From: Octopus vulgaris
Taxonomy: Eukaryota
Length of the DNA: 64,000 nt
Assembly (NCBI GenBank): GCA_951406725.2
Contig: OX597837.1
Coordinates: forward strand, 16,802,001 to 16,866,000
Direction: 5' to 3'
Made by a program: the position numbers and the translations under genes. Shown in pieces: positions 40,387-51,894 of the stretch (position 1 is its first letter; every line of letters starts with the position of its first letter). The notes below the pieces were generated by a model. That model saw nothing but the letters and a program-made list of their open reading frames with translations, did no database searches and was not told where the DNA came from.

Positions 40387-42654
40387 TTAAAGATCACAAT
40401 CTCTCCGCTCCATGTTGTAGTCTACCATCCAACCGGGAGAACGCCTTGCTCGTCGAGATCTTCTCAAGCTGGGCTCCTCACTCTCCCCCTCTCCCGAATC
40501 ATCGTCCGTCGAAGCAACAATCCTGCGAAGGTCCAAGACATGTCGTGGTGTGCCATCTACGGTTACGTTGCTTCTGGAATTGATCGCCGTCACCGTTCCT
40601 CTGCTCCATTGAGACGTACAGCGCGCCTTTGGTGGCTTGACCCAGACTTCCTCCCCTATTTTCACGCGAACGGGTCCCTTCTCTTCCTCGTGACCCTCCG
40701 GCGCTTTGCTCGGGTGCCTCCATTCATATTTGAACACAGCTCTCTGCGGCACAGATTCCTCAGCCTGTCCGGATCGGGGAGACAAGTTGTACCAAAAAAC
40801 TGCTTCAAGCGGCGAAATGTGCCCTCTTTCCGCTATGGCCTTGACTGTCCGATGGTGCCTCTCCACGATCCCGTTACCGCCCGGCCTATACGCTGCTCTG
40901 AACAAGCGTCGCACGTTCCACCGATCAAGCATAACCCTCAATGCTTCCGAACGAAACGCCGCCCCGTTGTCCATCAGTAGTTCTTCCACGGGACCTCTCT
41001 CTAAAAATATCCCGTTCAGGATCTGCACGATCTCGTCAGCAATGCCCGATCTCAACTCCCTCCAAATGGCCAGCCGGCCCGGCCCACAGTCGACCATGGA
41101 GAGGTACATTCGCTGACGGTAGTGTGTCACATCCACAGCTAGCCTTTTCCAGTTCTGCTCCACGGAAAGGCTTCCCTGTTCATGCCCACACGGAGCAGGG
41201 TCGATGGACTGACACCTGTCGCAGCTCCCGACCACCTTCCGGACGCTTCTCCTGGTCACGTCAGCATCAATCTTTTTTGCCAGATACAGGGTCCTGTCCA
41301 CACCCAGGTGATGCATAGCGTGCAGTTTCTTCAGTTCAGAGTCATCCAACCGACACGCCGCAGCTATCCCTTTCCGGGCCTCCTCCGGTTCTTCCAACCA
41401 CGCCCTTTTCACCCTGGTCAGGACGTCCGCCTTGTTTTTCTCCGAAGGCACGAAGACCACGTTCAGCTTCAGTCCGAATTCGGCGATCAATTCACCTAGA
41501 ACTCCTAGACGGCGCTTCACTAACATCTCCGCAGCACCTTCCGTCCGCACTCTCCTGTCACCGGTGATCACCGATCCTACCCAGCCAAGCACAGTGGCCG
41601 AATCCGTCCGCATTTCAATCGTGCGCAGCCCCCATTTCAAGGCCAAGTTCACCCCTTTCAGCAGCGCGTCTAATTCGGCGACATTGATGTGGTTGAAATC
41701 ATCTGCTTTCCGAAGCCAGGCCGCGTCCTCCACCGCAGTGCCTTCAATTGCCAACACCACCCCTATCGCTATACTGCTAGCATCACACCAGACGGTCCCG
41801 CATTTCGTCTTGGGCACGTACCAGTTCCCCCTGACCGGGTCTTCCGCTCTTGTCCTCTCTAGGATCTCCTGCATCATCGCCACCGTCCCTTCTCCCACCT
41901 TGTCGCCCCACCTCTCTCCTTCTGCTCGTCTCTTGGTGTAACTACACGCCGTGCGCAGCCATCCAGCGATCGGGTAGTGACCGACCAACTTCCCACACAC
42001 CGAGAACAGCTCTCTCCTGCTGACGCTGGAACTCAGCTCTGGGATTTCATTTCCTCTCCGGAACACCAATTCACCTGATCTATCTCTTCGCAGCTTCAGC
42101 CCCAGCGCAGCTCCCACTTCAATCGACTCCGGTGGCTTAGCAACCAGTCCGAACTTCTCCAGATGTCTCACTACCTCGTCGGCTGGCACTACAGTTTCGT
42201 CCACCAAAATGTCGTCAATGTAGGAGATGGTGGCCTTCCTAATCTTGCCGTCTTTCCCTAGGACGGACCTAAGCACTGCCGCCATGATCTTCGGAGCGGA
42301 ATTCAGCACGAAACCCAGCCTGGTTAGACAGTACGTCCGGCCCTTGTACCGCACCAGCTGATATCGCCATAGTTTGTCGCTCACATGGAGCTGCAAGTAT
42401 GCCGATCTCAAGTCGACAATCGTCGCTGCCTCAGTCGACTGTCTCCACTTACGTAATGCCTCACCACAAACGTCTGTCGCCTCACCCCCCGTGTGACACG
42501 ATATGTGCTGGTTTAGCTCCCTGAAGTCCAGCACCGGTCTGACTTTTCCCTTCGTAGGCTGCACCACCGCCATCAGGGGTAGCACTCCGCCCGCTACCTC
42601 CTCCTTCCAAGGGACAAGGACCCCTTCCTCGATCCACCTCGTCTTCAAACCCAA
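40387..42654 (-). CDS. pol: Pol: RT, RNase H, integrase
   Basis: VRPVLDFRELN, VDLRSAYLQ, YIDDILV, CDASS/AEL/TDS, HxxHxG..CDRC, VDVT..MDNG..IVERHH; frameshifted from the protease ORF near 42640. Confidence 0.93.
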   Translation of the reverse strand: MGLKTRWIEEGVLVPWKEEVAGGVLPLMAVVQPTKGKVRPVLDFRELNQHISCHTGGEATDVCGEALRKWRQSTEAATIVDLRSAYLQLHVSDKLWRYQLVRYKGRTYCLTRLGFVLNSAPKIMAAVLRSVLGKDGKIRKATISYIDDILVDETVVPADEVVRHLEKFGLVAKPPESIEVGAALGLKLRRDRSGELVFRRGNEIPELSSSVSRRELFSVCGKLVGHYPIAGWLRTACSYTKRRAEGERWGDKVGEGTVAMMQEILERTRAEDPVRGNWYVPKTKCGTVWCDASSIAIGVVLAIEGTAVEDAAWLRKADDFNHINVAELDALLKGVNLALKWGLRTIEMRTDSATVLGWVGSVITGDRRVRTEGAAEMLVKRRLGVLGELIAEFGLKLNVVFVPSEKNKADVLTRVKRAWLEEPEEARKGIAAACRLDDSELKKLHAMHHLGVDRTLYLAKKIDADVTRRSVRKVVGSCDRCQSIDPAPCGHEQGSLSVEQNWKRLAVDVTHYRQRMYLSMVDCGPGRLAIWRELRSGIADEIVQILNGIFLERGPVEELLMDNGAAFRSEALRVMLDRWNVRRLFRAAYRPGGNGIVERHHRTVKAIAERGHISPLEAVFWYNLSPRSGQAEESVPQRAVFKYEWRHPSKAPEGHEEEKGPVRVKIGEEVWVKPPKARCTSQWSRGTVTAINSRSNVTVDGTPRHVLDLRRIVASTDDDSGEGESEEPSLRRSRRARRSPGWMVDYNMERRDCDL

Positions 42655-43245
42655 CCCTGGCGTGGCCTTTCAGGGTATGCTGGTAACAGCTCACCCTGTT
42701 CTCCAGTGTCGGGGGCTCGTCCTTCCATTTCCACTCTATCGTCCACCGCTGACCATCGAACGCCGCCTGGAAGTCTTTGTCCTCGATGGTGTAAGCGGCG
42801 CAGTCCCTCGTGGGGCTCTGCTCCCTCTGGCGATCCTGACTCGCAGTGCACGACGCCCCCACGCTTCCGAACGTGACCTCATTTCCCACAACACTGAGGC
42901 CACCGAGGCAGTTGATGGCGTCCATCCCCATCACCACATCAACTCCATTTATCACATGTTCGGCCACAATTGCCTGTAGCCTTAGCGTCGCGCCGCGCAC
43001 CACTATCTCTACCTTGCTGCTGCCTCTGCAACGGATTTCACTGCCGTCGACCGCCCGGACACTACACACCCCGTTCCATTCCTTCGTCACCCTCGAAGTC
43101 ACCAGGGTGGTCGTACAGCCCGTATCCACGAGGGCCTTGAACGTCTTCCCCTCGGCCTCCACGTCAATCAATGGCAGCGTCTCCAATAGCGCCTCTACTC
43201 GTTTGAGGGGAAAGTTTGAGAGGCAGCAACTTCCCCGCGGTCGTT
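42640..43245 (-). CDS. Aspartic protease region of pol
   Basis: KALVDTGCTTTLV ... VDVVMGMD. Confidence 0.9.
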
Positions 43246-43959
43246 TCACTGGCCGCAATCGCGGGCAACGTGCCCTGTCTGCCTGCATCGATAGCAAACG
43301 GGCCCCGGCTGCGTACAGTCCCGCGCCATGTGCGGTCCCTGGCATCTAAAACACCATCCTGAGAACGGCCGCTCTCGTTGCACGGTGGGCTTCTGTACCT
43401 CTTTCTCGGGACGTCGTCCGTCTTTACGCGCCTCCGTCACCGCCATCGCTATCGCCTTCCGCCAAGAGTGTCTCGTCAACCCGCGAGCATGAGTTACAAG
43501 TTCGCTCAATGGCATCTTTTTGACCCCGGGCAGTCGTTGTAGGTGAATCTCTACATCATTGGGGAACCCATTCACGAACGCCAGTCGGGCTGCTCTCTCC
43601 AGTCCTTCTCCGGCAAACCCGGCCAGAGTCGCTAGCCTTCTAGCTTCCGATGCAAAATCATCCACCTGGCCTCCCGTCCGCCTGATTGCACCTAGCTTAG
43701 CGAAAGCTGTGTACTCGCATTCCGTGTATGCGTCACACAAGCGCCGCTCTATATTCTCATCGCAGAGCCGTTCTTCTTCATCCATCTCTAGGTAAAGCGA
43801 CAACGCACTCCCTTCCAAATACAGCACCATAAGACTCGCCACGTCGCTTATGCCCTGCAGTCTCGCCACCAGCCCGGTTTTCTGAATCCAGGCCACTACA
43901 TCGCCTTCGCCGTTAAAAGGTCTGACGACGTCACTGGCGATCCTAATTTTTGCAGACAT
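43246..43959 (-). CDS. gag: Gag with two zinc knuckles
   Basis: CFRCQGPHMARDC and CYRCRQTGHVARDC; the stop in cagTGAaac may be a mutated gggaaac frameshift site (inference). Confidence 0.9.
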   Translation of the reverse strand: MSAKIRIASDVVRPFNGEGDVVAWIQKTGLVARLQGISDVASLMVLYLEGSALSLYLEMDEEERLCDENIERRLCDAYTECEYTAFAKLGAIRRTGGQVDDFASEARRLATLAGFAGEGLERAARLAFVNGFPNDVEIHLQRLPGVKKMPLSELVTHARGLTRHSWRKAIAMAVTEARKDGRRPEKEVQKPTVQRERPFSGWCFRCQGPHMARDCTQPGPVCYRCRQTGHVARDCGQ

Positions 43960-43992
43960 CGTGTTGAAAAAAAATATGAATGTTTACGAACG

Positions 43993-44004
43993 GCCGAAAT
44001 AGCT
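43993..44004 (-). promoter_or_regulatory. Non-canonical primer-binding site
   Basis: agctatttcggc directly follows the 5' LTR and is the reverse complement of GCCGAAAUAGCU, nt 1-12 of metazoan tRNA-Phe(GAA) as recalled. Confidence 0.65.
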
Positions 44005-44299
44005 TGTAGTGGGTGTGTGCGATTTGAATATAGAGGCACCTACCTTCTCTTCGTGGTGACGGAGATCCTCCAGAGATGGCTGCTCCTTCCTCACAGCCCT
44101 ACCCGAACACTAACAATAGCAGCTGCTAGCCCCAAACCCTTTAGCGACTTGCTCGCACGTCTTGTCGCCAGCACGACCCACGTTGGAAAGGTCAACTTCC
44201 GCCCCCTGCGCGCGCTTGACGGCTGACCCCTTCCGCTTGCCCCAGCTTCCGGTCAACGCACCCCGCTGGCTGATGTCCGGCTGCTGAAGTCATCCCACA
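44005..44299 (-). repeat. 5' LTR
   Basis: Direct repeat of 40079-40373. Confidence 0.97.
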
Positions 44300-45459
44300 G
44301 AAAGTTACATTTATGAACGTCTCCAGAACTTAACACCCTGTTTTTCGAGACTATACTGGATGAATATTGTTATATACTCACATGAAATTTATCTCGAAGG
44401 AAAACTGGTGGTAATCATAGTGAAAGTGGAAATGCTGCAGAAAACTTCAACAAGAATCCCTAATATGATTTATATGGAGGACGTGGAGCTTATATGAGTA
44501 GTGGTAGAGGGAAGAAAGGCAGAATGTTATGCCTGTGGGAGCACCACCCACCGAGAGACTTTCTACCCTCAGTTAAGGAAGGCCAAACCATTTCTGTTGC
44601 CAACACCATCTAGAGCAGTAGAGGACACTTACACCAAAACCAAGACAGCGAAAAAGTTTGCTCACTGCTTCCACGTAAAAGTAAGCTCCACCCAAACTCC
44701 CTGCTCTCTAAACCACCACATCACCACCACCATTACCAACAACAACGACTCACGTACCACAAGTTTCGACCATCTCGCACCGATTCCTAAGGGAATGACA
44801 TACTGAAAGAAAAACGGGCCGAAAATGGTCAATAGTCTCCGATAGAGGAAAGTGAAAGAGGAGAAGAGTACAGAGCCTCACTGCAAGGATACCACAACAA
44901 CAACAAACACAGAAACCACAATTACAGCCCATTTCATAATCACTCCAATAGCAACAGCATCAACAGTAATATCAACAGCATCATCATCATCAACAACAAG
45001 AAAATACACAAACACAATAACAACCAAAACTTAAACTCAAAAACAAAGCAAACTACACAAAAAGTATCCATCAACTTCATTGTTGTAAATACTCAAATCA
45101 TAAAAACAAAATTAAGAAAGAGGCAAGATTTTGAAGATTTAAACCGCAAAAAAAAATAAATAAAAAATAACGAAGGACAGATTACTAATAAAACCGTTAT
45201 CAGACGTGTACAAAACAATTTGGGGAAAATTCTCGGCTACTGTGGGAATTTTAAAAAAGACTAAATGCAAAACACTTTTTAAGAGCCTTTTTAGAAAACT
45301 TTCGCCCCAATTAAAGTGAGTGATCTCTCCTTTCTCTCTCCAACAAATATGGTTGTTGCTGTGTGTGTGCTGTGTGAATGTGTGTCACCTGGGCTTAGCT
45401 TAGAAACATGGTCACTTGTTCAACGACCTCAGTTCGCTCGACATACTTATAGTGGTACT

Positions 45460-45881
45460 CAGCGCTGGACTAATCATTAAGCAAAATAAGCACGTTCTTA
45501 GGGCATCAGGGAAAGGAGGGGGCACCACAGAAATGGTAAATTGTTTACGGCACAAAAGAAATCACTTTAAACTTGCTGAAATGATATTCGGGATGCCTTT
45601 ATCTCTATTAAATATAGATGCAGATGTGTTACCTAAGATTAATTTTGAGGATTTAATCAAAGACTTTGCAATTCAAAAAAGTAGGAGGAAACTTTTCAAA
45701 TATAAATAAAGTGGAAGTATACAAAAACATTATTTTTCCGCTTACTGTTTTGCTTCGTTTTGAAAAATAAAAATTTATTTTATGGTTTATTATTGTTTAT
45801 ATTTTGAATTACATAATCTTTTAAGGGGGCACCAAAATCTTTTAAGTGCTTAGGGCCTCAATGGGTCTTAATCTGGCACGG
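45460..45881 (+). mobile_element. Non-autonomous hAT element
   Basis: Imperfect TIRs cagcgctggactaa/ttaatctggcacgg; 8-bp TSD gtggtact/gtggtacc; C-terminal remnant LSLLNIDAD..FEDLIKDFAIQKSRR. Confidence 0.85.
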
Positions 45882-46834
45882 GTGGTACCCATCAGCGAGA
45901 CGTGGCTTTCTGATGCGCAAGCATTGGCGCTTATTTTTGACGACTATGAGATATTCTCATCTTATAGTCTGTCAGGATCGGGCGGCAAGGTAGCAGTGCT
46001 ATTACGGACATTCTTAGAGCTTAAAGTACGGGCAATCTTTATGGTTCTTGACGGTAAGTTGGTGTTCCAGGACGTGAACGGCAACGATCTCCACAGAAGC
46101 TATGAAATATTCCTGGGAAAATCTCGCTCTTTAGTACTAGTGGTGGTGGTGTGTGTGTGTGGGGGGGGCTGAGATTGTATTTTGGATGCACGGAACGACT
46201 TGTCACATTGCAGAAGGGAACGCAAAAGCCCGAAAATCTGCTCAGGAACTTCCAATTGCCTCATAGGTACCAACTTGATTTTCCTGATGTGAGAGAGTAG
46301 ACATGTAGCAACCACAGTGGGTTATCTAGATCGTATCTAGATGGAGTATTTATTAGGTCAGCGGATAGAGATAATGTAGGATGTTTACATTTCGAACTGG
46401 TCGGGTACACAGACCGGAAATTTGTGATCTGCTCGGTCAATTTAGACAGTGGCCCGATTGCTAAAGGCTGAACGCGTCCTTACTAGCACACAAAGACTAT
46501 AGAGACCGGTAGCAGTTGACGGGGGGGGGGATCCCCAACAACCGGTGATGGGTCATCCTGAAGAGGGCGATTCGAGTAGAATTGATAACGTTTCTTTTAT
46601 ATTTTACTCGTTTCAGTCATTAGACTGCAGCCATGCTGGGGTACCGCCTTGAAGAATCTTAGTTGAACGAATAGACCTTAATATTTAGTTTCATTTTAAA
46701 GCCTGGTACATAGTCTATTTATCTCGTTTACCGAACCACTAAGTTATGGGCTCGTAAACAAACCAGCCTCGGTTGTCAAGCAGTGGTGTGGGACAAACAC
46801 ACATGCGCGCGCCCACATACACACACACACAGAA

Positions 46835-47430
46835 ATGCGTCGACAAAAATCGAGGAGAAAAATCCGAGATGGTACTGTTTTGTTTGAAGATAATAAACAG
46901 AAACATGCACTGATAAAAAGAGAAACAAGAAAGGGTTTGCTAGTGGTCAATGATCCTTCCCTGCTAGTGGTCAATGATCCTTCCCTGCTAACTTGCGATA
47001 CTTGCAACGGTATTTGTCTCTCCCAAGCTGGACTAGTTAATCATAAGCGTAAGTACTTATTTAGGTCTCCTACAGATTTTTCACAGTTACAACCAATCTA
47101 TTACCTGTTGAATTATCTTTCACTGTTTGCAATAAAAGCTGTAGAAGTAAATCTGGGTTGAGAAGGCTCATGAAATATCACAATAACAATTTGCAACAGT
47201 CTTCACTACAAAATCAAGCTTTTCCATTTTGTGGGAAAATTTGTAAATCTCTTGCTGAACAAAAGAAGCATTTTCGGTTACATAACACATAGACTATCTT
47301 GATCAACTTCTAGTAATTTTAAACTGTAAATATTTGACTCTATATTACTGAAATGTGCGATTATTGTCAGTGGTGATGTTGAGAAAAGCCATACTCGATT
47401 AATGAGTCGATAGTCATCATCATCATCTAT
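46835..47430 (+). mobile_element. RTE-like LINE 3' remnant with C2H2-like fingers
   Basis: RRKIRDGTVLFE..TCDTCNGICLSQAGLVNHKRK; later CGKICKSLAEQKKHFRLH; internal 24-bp duplication. Confidence 0.55.
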
Positions 47431-47435
47431 CGGTA

Positions 47436-47474
<39 letters not shown>

Positions 47475-48459
47475 CGAGCTTTTTTCCATTCCATCAAATC
47501 CACTTAAAAGGCTATAATTGAAGACACTGGCCAAAATTGTCACACAATGGGACCGAACCCGGAACCATGTCGTCAGAAAGCAAACTTCTTACCACACAGC
47601 TACGCATGTATACTTCTCTTATTTTCACTGTATACCGTTTATGTTTCATTCAAAGTAAACCCAGCCACCATCACACTTTATTTCTGTCTTTGTGTTGTCC
47701 ACCTTATCCGTCGGCAAATAAAAGAAATCATCATCTTCGTCGTCGTCGTTGTTGTTATTGTTGTTACTATTATTATTATTATAATGGTCATTAATAATGA
47801 TTGCATTAGTATCATTAGTTGTCAGTCAATCTCAGATTCATTTTTACCGGCTCAAGAACGTACTTTCAAAGTAATAATACTTATTTGAGTTAGCCATTGT
47901 TCATTTTGCTACCAGTTCAAACAAGTCAGAGAACAGGCAGTATTATGCTTTCGTTAACAATATCTTTCGCTTTGGCTTAACAATGGCTCCCAGTAGATAT
48001 AGTTAATGTCCTATAAACACAAACGAGTGCGGTCGGTACAGATACCGGTTGCCGATTCCAGTTTGTCGAAATGTTTCAAGGTCAACATTTAAGTTTGTGT
48101 GTTCGTAGTGGACAACAATAAGTGCCTGAAGATACTATGGTTCTGCAATAAAGAAGGAGAAAAAATGATGTCTGAATTGTTTTGAATATTGATGTTAACA
48201 AAACTAGTTCTTTTTTAGTGCAATGATTCTTAAGGAGGTGAGTGTTGTGAGGTTTGAAAAAAGGACGAACAAATTGCGGTGTTTTTAATAACACTAACTT
48301 GGTCCTTTTATCTTTTACTTGTTTCAGTCATTAGACTGCGGCCATGCTAGGTCACCGCTTTGAAGAATTTTTAGTCGGATGAATCGACCTCAGTACTTTT
48401 TAAAGCCTGACACTTATTCTATCGTTCTCTTTTGCCAAACCGCTCGTCAAGCGGAGGGC

Positions 48460-48508
<49 letters not shown>

Positions 48509-48905
48509 TATACATGTCTCTGGTTTCTTTCAGTTTCCGTCTACCAAATCCACTCAGGGGGCTTTGGCTGGTCCGAAGCCATAGTAGAAGACACTTGCTC
48601 AAGCTTACTACGCAGTGGGACTGAACTCGGAACCCTGTGGTTGGTAAGCAAGCTTCTTACTACACAGCTACGCCTGTCTGTGACTGTAACACAACCATCG
48701 CTTCACAACCGATGTTGATGTGTGTATGTCCCCGTAACTTCGCAGTTTGGCAAAAGAGTTCGATAGAATAAGTACTGGACTTACAATGAATAAATCCTGG
48801 GGTCGAGTTCTTCAACTAAAACCTTTTAAGGCAGTGCCTCCAGTATAGTCGCAGTCTAATGATTGAAGCAAAAAAAAATTATATATATATATATAGATAT
48901 ATATA

Positions 48906-51894
48906 CTAGCTGAAGGTGACCCGCTCTACGCGCGGGTAAGATCGTGGTTGTTACTTTCTGTTGCTTCCTTTTAGCACGTAAAAAGCACCATCCGAACGTG
49001 GCCGATTGCAGCGCCGCCTTGACTGGCTTCTGTGCTGGTGGCACGTAAAAAGCACCAACCGATCGTGGCCGCTGCCAGCCCCCTGGCACCTGTGCCGGCG
49101 GCACGAAAAAAGCACCCACTACGCTCACAGAGTGGTTGGCGTTAGGAAGGCATCCACCTGTAGAAACAATGCCAGATCAGACTGGAGCCTGGTGCAGCCT
49201 CCTGGCTTCCCAGACCCTGGTCAAACTGTCCAACCCATGCTAGCACGGAAAACGGACGTTAAACGATGACGATGATGATGATGATGATTCTCCCTCTTTG
49301 TTTCTCTCTCCTTTCTCTCTCACTTTCCTACTCTCTTACTCTTCCTTTCTCTCGGACTCTCCCTCGCTTTCTCTTACTCTCTATCTTTATCTATCTCTCT
49401 CCCATTTATAAACAACAAAAGATCTTGAGTAAGTTGAGAAATAAAATATTTAGAAAGATCGATCATAAATATCAGGCAGTAACAACGGAAAGGTCTGCTT
49501 CAAAGCAGACAGCAAAACGCTAACATTTAAAAGGGACAGACGAACTTGCGAGCTGAATAAAAATAATAAAATATTGGAAAGCAAAGTTTGAAGGGATATA
49601 ATATGAGGATAGTAGAGTCACCATGGCTGGCATTTCTTAACGACGGACAGCAACGTATTGACAGTTCAACGGCTGGCGTAAATTTTTGAACTTGATGTAA
49701 AATAAAATTCGTAAACACCAAGTTTTGAAGTGATTCTTTCTCACGACAGTAGACTCACCATGGCAAACATTCAAAACTTCTCCATCGTGGACGGCAACAC
49801 ATTGACGATTAAAAGGCTGGCGCAAAATTCTTAGCTTGATGTAACAGAGAATTGCTAAACACCCGCTCCTTTAAATTTTAATCCCCTTCCAACCCCATTT
49901 AGACCCCTTTTCACATTTTGGTTAATATAACCCGATTTCATTTGGGTCTACTGGAGCCACATTTTATAAGATGAGGACTCAACCAAGTTTCCCGAGTTCT
50001 GGTCATAAACCATAGAACACTCAACCAAGTTTCCTGATTTCTGGTCATAGACCATAGAACAGTCAAGCAAGTTTCCCGAGTTCTGGTCATAGACCATAGA
50101 ACAGTCAAGCAAGTTTCCCGAGTTCTGGTCATAGACCATAGAACACTCAACCAAGTTTCCCGAGTTCTGGTCATAGACCATAGAACACTTAGCTAAAATC
50201 TAGCTTCTACCTAGTCTGAACCAATCAATCCGCCGCAGTCTTCATCCACACAGAGCTTACTCAACCATGTTCCAGTTCCAGCGACAGACGACCAGACCAG
50301 CCAGTCATGCTCCTGCTCCAGCCAATGACGACGCTAACATACACCAGCAACGCCACCGACGCCTTCATCTCAACGTCGCCTTTCTCTGTCGTCGTCGTCA
50401 TCACCATCGTCGTCCTTCACCTTCACGTCGTCTCCATCTCCGTCGCCTTCATATCCAGCAACACTAATATGTACATAGCACTCATTCAGGTTTAGCTTTC
50501 ACGCTGTTATGATTTTCACCGAGGTTAACAGCACAGCACTACCTGCGAGATCATCTGTACCAATGTAACCTGGCACAGCATTGAAGCCACAACCGCTACA
50601 CGACATGTGTTCAACCGGCATCTGCACTTGTGATCCGAACATCCTGTTACAGAACGAACTGCTATTATGTACTTTGCTACGAACTGGTAAATGAACTCCA
50701 TCTTGTCTGAAATACCCTGAGAGACTTTTCCTATGCGCTGTATTTTGTTTTGTCCGCATACACCTTGTTTGTACTTCTGTCGCACACACGAACACACATA
50801 GTTAATACACACACAAATGCTATCTCTGTCACATTCATACGCCACACATGCCTTTCTCGCTTGTTTTCCATGCTCAATGTGCCCTTGTAAACACAACTCA
50901 TCTCTGTAAGACCCTAGGTTGGTCACGCATACATAGAGAAAGTTGTTTGTCCTTTACAACGCGCCAGCATGCCACACTTTTGTTCCTGCACGACCGAGGC
51001 ATATAATAGCTCAAGCACTGGCTGGCAGCCTCAGCCTTACTGCATTAATCACTGGCATATTCAATACTGTACACTGTATTTCAGCCTAGCAAGCCCTATT
51101 GCACACATGCACCTCTGTTCTGCACGTGTACTCCCTTGTTTTGCAACACGTCTGCGTCAGCTCAATTCTTCTCCCGACTCAAAGCACGTCGGATGTTCAC
51201 ATGCGCTGCGCTCATGTTTAGGCATAATTTCCCCCTGTTAGACCCCTGTTGGTCACGTAATTAACAGAGAAAATTATCTGTCTCGCACCCAAGTTGCACC
51301 CAAAAAGTGTAAAGAAGCAACCAGTTCCCTTTACGTAACTATCAAAAAGTATTAAAAAGTTTAATATACATTAATACAGATATATACCCTTTGTATATAT
51401 ACATTATATATACATATTTATATATAGAACACACACACACACATATATAAACGCTCGTTGGTGTGTTCTGTTTGTATTTGGTCGATCGGCGCGTTGACAG
51501 GTAGACAATAGAATGCGATGGCGATGGCGATGGAATATTTGTTTCTCTCTATGAATGCAGACAGATGCATAAGTGAAAGTTATGGTAAGGTAAGAAATAG
51601 AGTGAGTGAAAATAGCGAGAGTGAGTTGAGGAAGACAGATACATTAAATAACGTGAATGGACTTGTCAAAGTTATAAATGAAGGGGAGTTAGAGGGTATT
51701 GGAGGAAATAGCGTGAGTGAGGAAGATGGCCCCTAGCAACCACACCTTTTAAGATAGAGATTTCTAAGGTAGCCCACGGGCATCGTCACCTCATTTTACA
51801 TGTCCCTGTAAATTTTGGAGCGAATCGGACGGGATGTAGTGGCATTGAAAGCGAGCCAAGCGGTAAAAACGCGTTTCAGTTTTATATATAGAGA
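48906..51894 (-). mobile_element. Helitron family 2, array unit 1
   Basis: 5' TCtctatatataaaactg; 3' cccgcgcgtagagcggg hairpin + tcaccttcagCTAG. Confidence 0.85.
49977..50190. repeat. 42-bp minisatellite, ~5 copies
   Basis: aaccaagtttcccgagttctggtcatagaccatagaacactc repeated. Confidence 0.95.

Larger units (their letters stand above)
40079..44299 (-). mobile_element. Full-length Gypsy-type LTR retrotransposon (4221 bp)
   Basis: 295-bp TG..CA LTRs, 5-bp TSD GAAAG, gag-PR-RT-RH-IN order. Confidence 0.97.
39840..46560 (+). mobile_element. Degenerate L1/Tx1-like LINE interrupted by the Gypsy and hAT insertions
   Basis: ORF1-like VVEGRKAECYACGSTTH knuckle near 44500; APE motifs NDLSSLDILIVV/PISETWLS..GGKVAVLL..RSYLDGVF..TDRK at 45.4-46.5 kb. 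Confidence 0.55.

Noticed and set aside
40499-43795. Antisense and alternative-frame ORFs over the Gypsy element
   Set aside because: Expected shadows of GC-rich coding sequence; no motifs.
49977-50190. Regular repeats resembling a CRISPR array or a 14-aa repeat protein
   Set aside because: Contiguous 42-bp units without unique spacers, no cas genes, eukaryotic context.
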